Source of the DNA: Brachyspira murdochii DSM 12563
GTDB lineage: Bacteria > Spirochaetota > Brachyspiria > Brachyspirales > Brachyspiraceae
Reading direction: 5' to 3'
NCBI RefSeq assembly: GCF_000092845.1
Contig: NC_014150.1
Span: forward strand, 1,418,919-1,450,918
Length of the DNA: 32,000 nucleotides
How positions within the stretch are numbered: position 1 is the first letter of the stretch; every line of letters begins with the position of its first letter. The position numbers were made by a program, and so were the translations under genes. Positions 27,468-32,000 of this stretch are shown here, piece after piece. The notes beneath the pieces are model-generated. The model was not told the origin of the DNA. It saw only the letters and a program-made list of their open reading frames with translations, and searched no databases.

Positions 27468-28334
27468 CTAATTAAATAAAGGCAGCTCAGCCATCATATT
27501 TTTCATAAGTATTTCTACCCTTGGCATATGCTCGGCTATAGTAAGACCTGCCAATTCTTTTTCTCCTGCTATATCATTTATAACCCTAACAGCCTCATTA
27601 ATTTTCATTCCATTTGGAGAAACACCGACAGCCGCTATTATTTCATTAGGATCAAGAACATCTAAATCAAAATGTATGAATACTTTACTAGCCTTGCATT
27701 CTTTAAGCCATTTTATTATACATTCGCTTGACTTAGAAATCTCTTCAGGAGCAAAATGCTTTATGCCATACTCTTTTTGACGAATCCTTATCTCCTCTCT
27801 TTCCCAGTCTCTAAGTCCTAAAAATAAAATATTCTCTGATGAAATTTTACTTGGAAGATTATTTATAGCATCTATTTTACCCATGCAGGCACTTACAGCC
27901 ATAGCATGATATCCTGCATAAGTATTGTCTTCAGGTAAAGTTATATCAGGGTGAGCGTCTATCCATATCAAAGCTATATCATTATTATATTTTTTGTTTA
28001 AATATGTAAAAGGAGCAGCACTTACAGAACATTCTCCTCCAAAAACTATTATTTTATCAGGATTATTTTTATTTAGTATATCTAAGGCACTATTAGTTTG
28101 TTTTACTATATAATCATAATCCATAATACCATTTTTTACTTCTCTTTTTTCTATATTAAGAGAAACAGGAACTTCTATAGTTTTATGAGTATTATTTTCT
28201 GGTGCTAATATACTTAAAAGTTTAGCTCCTAAATAATAGCCTCTTGAAGAATCTTCAGGTTTTAACTCCTTTATCCAATGCGATATTATACCGCCCTGCC
28301 ACTGCGGATAAACTAACCTTAAAGTTTGAGACAT
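27468..28334 (-). CDS. Arginase/agmatinase/formiminoglutamase-fold (ureohydrolase family) protein, divergent
   Basis: The ureohydrolase motifs IDAHPD and HFDLDVLDP are present, but the first motif reads GGECS instead of GGDHS. The preferred start is the ATG at 28334 (MSQTLRL), 9 nt after a GGAG. The ORF-track start at 28349 is a TTG. Confidence 0.75.
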   Translation of the reverse strand: MSQTLRLVYPQWQGGIISHWIKELKPEDSSRGYYLGAKLLSILAPENNTHKTIEVPVSLNIEKREVKNGIMDYDYIVKQTNSALDILNKNNPDKIIVFGGECSVSAAPFTYLNKKYNNDIALIWIDAHPDITLPEDNTYAGYHAMAVSACMGKIDAINNLPSKISSENILFLGLRDWEREEIRIRQKEYGIKHFAPEEISKSSECIIKWLKECKASKVFIHFDLDVLDPNEIIAAVGVSPNGMKINEAVRVINDIAGEKELAGLTIAEHMPRVEILMKNMMAELPLFN

Positions 28335-28360
28335 AAATATAAACTCCAAATTATATTATA

Positions 28361-29635
28361 TTAATTATCTTCTATCTTAAACTCAATATTTTTAAGACCT
28401 TCTTTTGAAAGCATAGCCTTATCTAATTTTACACTCTCCATTTCACCGGGAGCAAATATCAAATGCTTTTTATGTATCACTCTCTCGCCGTCAAAATATA
28501 CATTTAAGAATTTGTTTTGAAATATAGCACTTACTCTAAACCTTACCATCACATGATCATCTACATTGTGAGCATTAATCATAGAAGGCACAGTATATCT
28601 CACACCATTAGAGCCTTTTAATGAAATAGAGTTTGTATTATCTCTTCTTTTGTTTTTAAGTACATACTCAGCAGCACTTTTTCCGGCAGTTTCAGCCTCT
28701 TCAGAAACAAAATCTACCAAGTCATGAACATGAAGAACATTACCGCAAGAGAATACTCCGTCAATATTAGTCTCCAAACTTTCATTAACTATAGCACCAG
28801 AGGTTATAGGGTTAATCTCAACGCCAATCTCTTTTGAAAGCTCATTTTCTGGTATAAGCCCAACAGATAAAAGCAAAGTATCGCATGAATAATATTCTTC
28901 AGTGCCTTTAATAGGCTTCATATTCTCATCAACTTTAGCTATTGTAACGCCTTCAAGTCTGTCTTTACCTTTTATGTCGATAACTGTATGACTTAATTTA
29001 AGAGGTATATTAAAATCGTCCAAACACTGAACTATATTTCTTTTAAGCCCTCCGGAAAATGGAAGTATCTCGGCAACAACCTTAACTTTAGCTCCCTCAA
29101 AAGTCATTCTCCTAGCCATAATAAGTCCAATATCTCCAGAGCCAAGTATAACAACTTCCTTGCCCGGCATATATCCTTCTATATTTACTAAATGCTGAGC
29201 AGCACCTGCAGAAAATATCCCGGCAGGTCTGAAACCCGGTATATTCAAAGCCCCTCTTGAACGCTCACGGCAGCCCATAGCAAGTATCACAGCTTTAGAG
29301 CTAATCTGCACCAAGCCTTCTTCTTTATTGATATAAGTAATTATTTTTTCTTTACTATCATTAAGCACAATATCAAGCACCATAGTATTGAGTTTATAAT
29401 TAATATTTAAATCATAAACTTTTTCTATAAATCTGTAAGCATATTCAGGACCAGTAAGCTCTTCACCGAATCTATGAAGCCCAAAACCATTATGTATGCA
29501 TTGATTGAGTATGCCTCCAAGCACCTCATCGCGTTCCAACATAAGCAAATTATCTATGCCGTTTTCTTTAGCAGAAACAGCAGCAGCAAGCCCAGCAGGA
29601 CCTCCGCCTATAATAACAACATCATAAGACTGCAT
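28361..29635 (-). CDS. NAD(P)/FAD-dependent (pyridine nucleotide-disulfide type) oxidoreductase of the glp cluster
   Basis: 424 aa. It has an N-terminal FAD fold (YDVVIIGGGPAGLAAA), a second dinucleotide fold (KEVVILGSGDIGLIMARR), and the genomic position between the G3P dehydrogenase and DUF1667 genes. Confidence 0.85.
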   Translation of the reverse strand: MQSYDVVIIGGGPAGLAAAVSAKENGIDNLLMLERDEVLGGILNQCIHNGFGLHRFGEELTGPEYAYRFIEKVYDLNINYKLNTMVLDIVLNDSKEKIITYINKEEGLVQISSKAVILAMGCRERSRGALNIPGFRPAGIFSAGAAQHLVNIEGYMPGKEVVILGSGDIGLIMARRMTFEGAKVKVVAEILPFSGGLKRNIVQCLDDFNIPLKLSHTVIDIKGKDRLEGVTIAKVDENMKPIKGTEEYYSCDTLLLSVGLIPENELSKEIGVEINPITSGAIVNESLETNIDGVFSCGNVLHVHDLVDFVSEEAETAGKSAAEYVLKNKRRDNTNSISLKGSNGVRYTVPSMINAHNVDDHVMVRFRVSAIFQNKFLNVYFDGERVIHKKHLIFAPGEMESVKLDKAMLSKEGLKNIEFKIEDN

Positions 29636-29666
29636 TTTTACTCCTTAAATACTAATAATCTCTAAA

Positions 29667-31106
29667 TCAAAAAGTTTCCTTATCATAACCAATAACTATT
29701 TCAGAGCCTTTGCCGCATTTAGTAATAGTTAGAGGAGAAACATTAAGTTCTCTCGCTAATATCTCTATTATCTTAGGAGAACAAAAACCGCCCTGACATC
29801 TTCCAAGCCCGGCACGCACTCTTCTTTTTACTCCGTCAATAGATTTAGCTCCTATAGGACTTTTTATAGCTTCTACAATCTCACCCTCAGTTACCTTTTC
29901 ACATCTGCAGATTATATGTCCGTATAAAGGATTTTCTTTTATGAGTTTATTTTTCTCTTCATTAGAAAGTTTATTAAAATGAGTTATTCCCTTTCTTTTT
30001 TCTATAAAGTTTTCTTTTTTCTCGAAGTTTCCTTTCTTGCTTACAATATCGGCAACCATTACACCAATAGCAGGAGAAGAAACAAGACCAGGGGATTCTA
30101 TACCAGCACAGTCGAAAAATCCTTCGCAGTCTTCAAGCTCTTTTATGATAAACTCATGATTATCTTCATGAGGACGAAGCCCGCAGAATGAAGTTATAAC
30201 CTTATTATACGGTATATTTTTTACTGTGAGTTTTGACTTTTCTATAATCTGAGCAAGTCCTTCAGCTGTGGTATTTAAGCCCTCTTTATCTTCTATATCA
30301 ATAGCTGTGGGTCCAAGCATTATATTGCCATGAGCTGTGGGCGTAACTAATATACCTTTACCCAATTTTGTAGGAAGAGCAAATATTGTAGAAGTTACTA
30401 AATTATCAACTTCTTTGTCAAGCAATATATAGTCGCCTCTTCTTGGAGTAATATGTATTTTGTTTTTGCTCATCATATTATGAAACTTATCAGCATAAAC
30501 TCCAGCTGCATTAACAATATATTTAGCTTTTATAGGTCCGTTATTAGTTTCTGCTTCAAAAGTACCGTCATCAAGTTTTTTGATATTTATAACTTCAGTA
30601 TAAAATTTAAATTCAACTCCATTAGCATAAGCATTTTCAGCATAAGCAATATTTAAAATGAATGGATCTACTATACCGCCAGTAGGAGCATACAAAGCAC
30701 CGCATACATTATCGTTTAGATTAGGCTCTTTTTTATGAACTTCTTCTTTATTTAATATTTGAAGTCCTTCAACTCCGTTTTTTATTCCTCTGTCATATAT
30801 AGTTTTAAGATTAGGCATGTCCTCTTCATTAGTACATACTACAAGTGAACCATTCTGTTTAAAAGGCACATCAAGGTCTTCTGCTATTTTCGGCATCATC
30901 TTATTGCCAAGAACATTTAACTTTGCCATAAGTGAACCATTTGCCGCATCAAACCCTGCATGCACTATTCCGCTGTTGGATTTTGAAGTGCCTGAGCAAA
31001 CATCTTCTCCTCTTTCTACAACGCATATACTAGCTTTATACCTAGAAAGTTCGCGTGCTGAAGAAGTACCAGACACACCAGCACCAATAATTAATATATC
31101 ATACAT
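29667..31106 (-). CDS. FAD-dependent glycerol-3-phosphate dehydrogenase/oxidase (GlpA/GlpO-like) with a C-terminal BFD-like [2Fe-2S]-binding domain
   Basis: The preferred start is the ATG at 31106 (MYDILIIGAGVSGTSSAREL; GAGGGA RBS upstream). The ORF-track start at 31184 adds 26 implausible residues. A DAO-type FAD fold is present. The C-terminal ICRCEKVTEGEI...RAGLGRCQGGFC matches the BFD-like domain. The gene is adjacent to glpK. Confidence 0.85.
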   Translation of the reverse strand: MYDILIIGAGVSGTSSARELSRYKASICVVERGEDVCSGTSKSNSGIVHAGFDAANGSLMAKLNVLGNKMMPKIAEDLDVPFKQNGSLVVCTNEEDMPNLKTIYDRGIKNGVEGLQILNKEEVHKKEPNLNDNVCGALYAPTGGIVDPFILNIAYAENAYANGVEFKFYTEVINIKKLDDGTFEAETNNGPIKAKYIVNAAGVYADKFHNMMSKNKIHITPRRGDYILLDKEVDNLVTSTIFALPTKLGKGILVTPTAHGNIMLGPTAIDIEDKEGLNTTAEGLAQIIEKSKLTVKNIPYNKVITSFCGLRPHEDNHEFIIKELEDCEGFFDCAGIESPGLVSSPAIGVMVADIVSKKGNFEKKENFIEKRKGITHFNKLSNEEKNKLIKENPLYGHIICRCEKVTEGEIVEAIKSPIGAKSIDGVKRRVRAGLGRCQGGFCSPKIIEILARELNVSPLTITKCGKGSEIVIGYDKETF

Positions 31107-31228
31107 TATATATCCCTCGTAAATTATATTAGATGTTATTAATTGAAATAAATAATTAAGAACTAAATGCATATTAATATTCAATTATTAGAAATGAATA
31201 TTAATATGCAAATAATGACAATAAGAAA

Positions 31229-32000
<772 letters not shown>

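Overview
The window is very AT-rich. The gene content (TIGR01784/Rpn-type nuclease, a Vsp/Bhmp39-like outer-membrane protein, Tneap-style type I-B cas genes) suggests a Brachyspira-like spirochaete chromosome; this is inference only, as no search was possible. Order of features: (1) the 5' end of a UDP-glucuronate-decarboxylase-like gene on the minus strand at the left edge. (2) A complete type I-B CRISPR-Cas locus, cas6-cas8b-cas7-cas5-cas3-cas4-cas1-cas2 (658..8956, +), with a 156-bp leader and a 48-repeat, 47-spacer array (9113..12299). (3) A consensus sigma70-like promoter followed by a compound microsatellite, (CGTTATC)12(TATC)21. (4) Two translationally coupled paralogous Crp-like proteins, each with two cNMP-binding-like domains. 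(5) A secreted HEXXH metallopeptidase / beta-propeller / beta-barrel protein of 924 aa. (6) A roughly 39-kDa outer-membrane protein. (7) An Rpn-family PD-(D/E)XK nuclease. (8) A CE7 acetyl-xylan esterase (-). (9) Two tandem MFS transporter paralogs. (10) A Cache-type methyl-accepting chemotaxis protein (-). (11) A minus-strand glycerol operon: glpK (partial), FAD glycerol-3-phosphate dehydrogenase, NAD(P)/FAD oxidoreductase, an unusual arginase-fold protein, and a DUF1667 protein. The observations most worth follow-up are these: the array splits cleanly into two repeat haplotypes (A versus T at the last handle base); spacer blocks are duplicated and shuffled inside the older half; one spacer occurs in both halves; perfect internal AAGGAGG+ATG sites sit inside cas8b (candidate Cas11b) and inside the Rpn gene (candidate intragenic antitoxin); and the 168-bp compound microsatellite lies in the predicted 5' leader of the Crp-like operon and itself forms a 58-codon uORF whose stop position depends on repeat number. 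I found no clearly novel multi-gene system, and all functional calls rest on motif recognition by eye.
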